The translations under genes and the position numbers were made by a program. A DNA stretch of 64,000 nt from Azolla caroliniana (Eukaryota > Plantae > Polypodiophyta). A model generated the notes under the pieces. That model was not told the DNA's origin and searched no databases. It worked only from the letters and a program-made list of their open reading frames with translations. The DNA is taken from the NCBI GenBank assembly GCA_043228905.1, contig JBHGNT010000010.1:5456001-5520000 (forward strand), written 5' to 3'. How positions within the stretch are numbered: position 1 is the first letter of the stretch; each line of letters begins with the position of its first letter. Positions 63,816-64,000 of the stretch are shown piece by piece.

Positions 63816-63937
63816 AAGAGCTGCCCTTCAGAGGGGGAATACCATCCTCAGAAATAGTTTGAGCTGCATACTTCAGCACTTTACTGAGTCCAAGATCTGC
63901 TACCTTTAAATGTCCTGACTCATCCAGCAAGATGTTT
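63816..63937 (-). CDS. ILK/Raf-like protein kinase exon (subdomains VIb-VII). Upstream exons lie beyond the window.
   Basis: NILLDESGHLKVADLGLSKVLK...KGSS(C), bounded by CAG and GTAAG. The split codon T|GT joins the next exon. Confidence 0.9.
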
Positions 63938-64000
63938 CTGATACAAATAATCACAAATACAGGCTTCTTGTTTCATGTTTATTTCTGATCCATCAAAGCT

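Overview
This is land-plant nuclear DNA, probably a fern or another seed-free plant (inference from a PLS-type PPR fragment, Tcn1-like chromoviruses and long TE-filled introns). From about 1.7 to 48.8 kb the substrate is a head-to-tail tandem array of about 30 degenerate tRNA-Ala(CGC)-derived units. The array has a ~1.1 kb higher-order repeat of four tRNA units plus one 3' stub. Only ~8.3 kb of array DNA remains, split into five blocks by transposon insertions. These are a Copia 3' end (1-1700), a hAT element carrying a PPR fragment and inserted in an anticodon arm (5098-8511), a gag-only tRNA-Trp-primed LTR element (10212-15392), a tRNA-Trp-primed Gypsy (16529-40695), and a second Copia (41676-47706) holding a solo LTR. 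The Gypsy itself holds two Tcn1-like chromoviruses, a Copia and a solo LTR, nested up to four deep. The right part has LTR and LINE debris and four 3' exons of an ILK/Raf-like protein kinase gene on the minus strand, with a decayed Copia in a 6 kb intron. The most notable observations are these. Three independent LTR insertions hit nearly the same position ~50 bp upstream of a tRNA unit, all in the same orientation. All four 4-bp TSDs are centred on CpG. Two unrelated LTR families carry outward-facing tRNA-like Pol III A/B-box cassettes in U3. The chromoviruses have a self-priming type PBS. All calls were made by eye, with no alignments or database searches.
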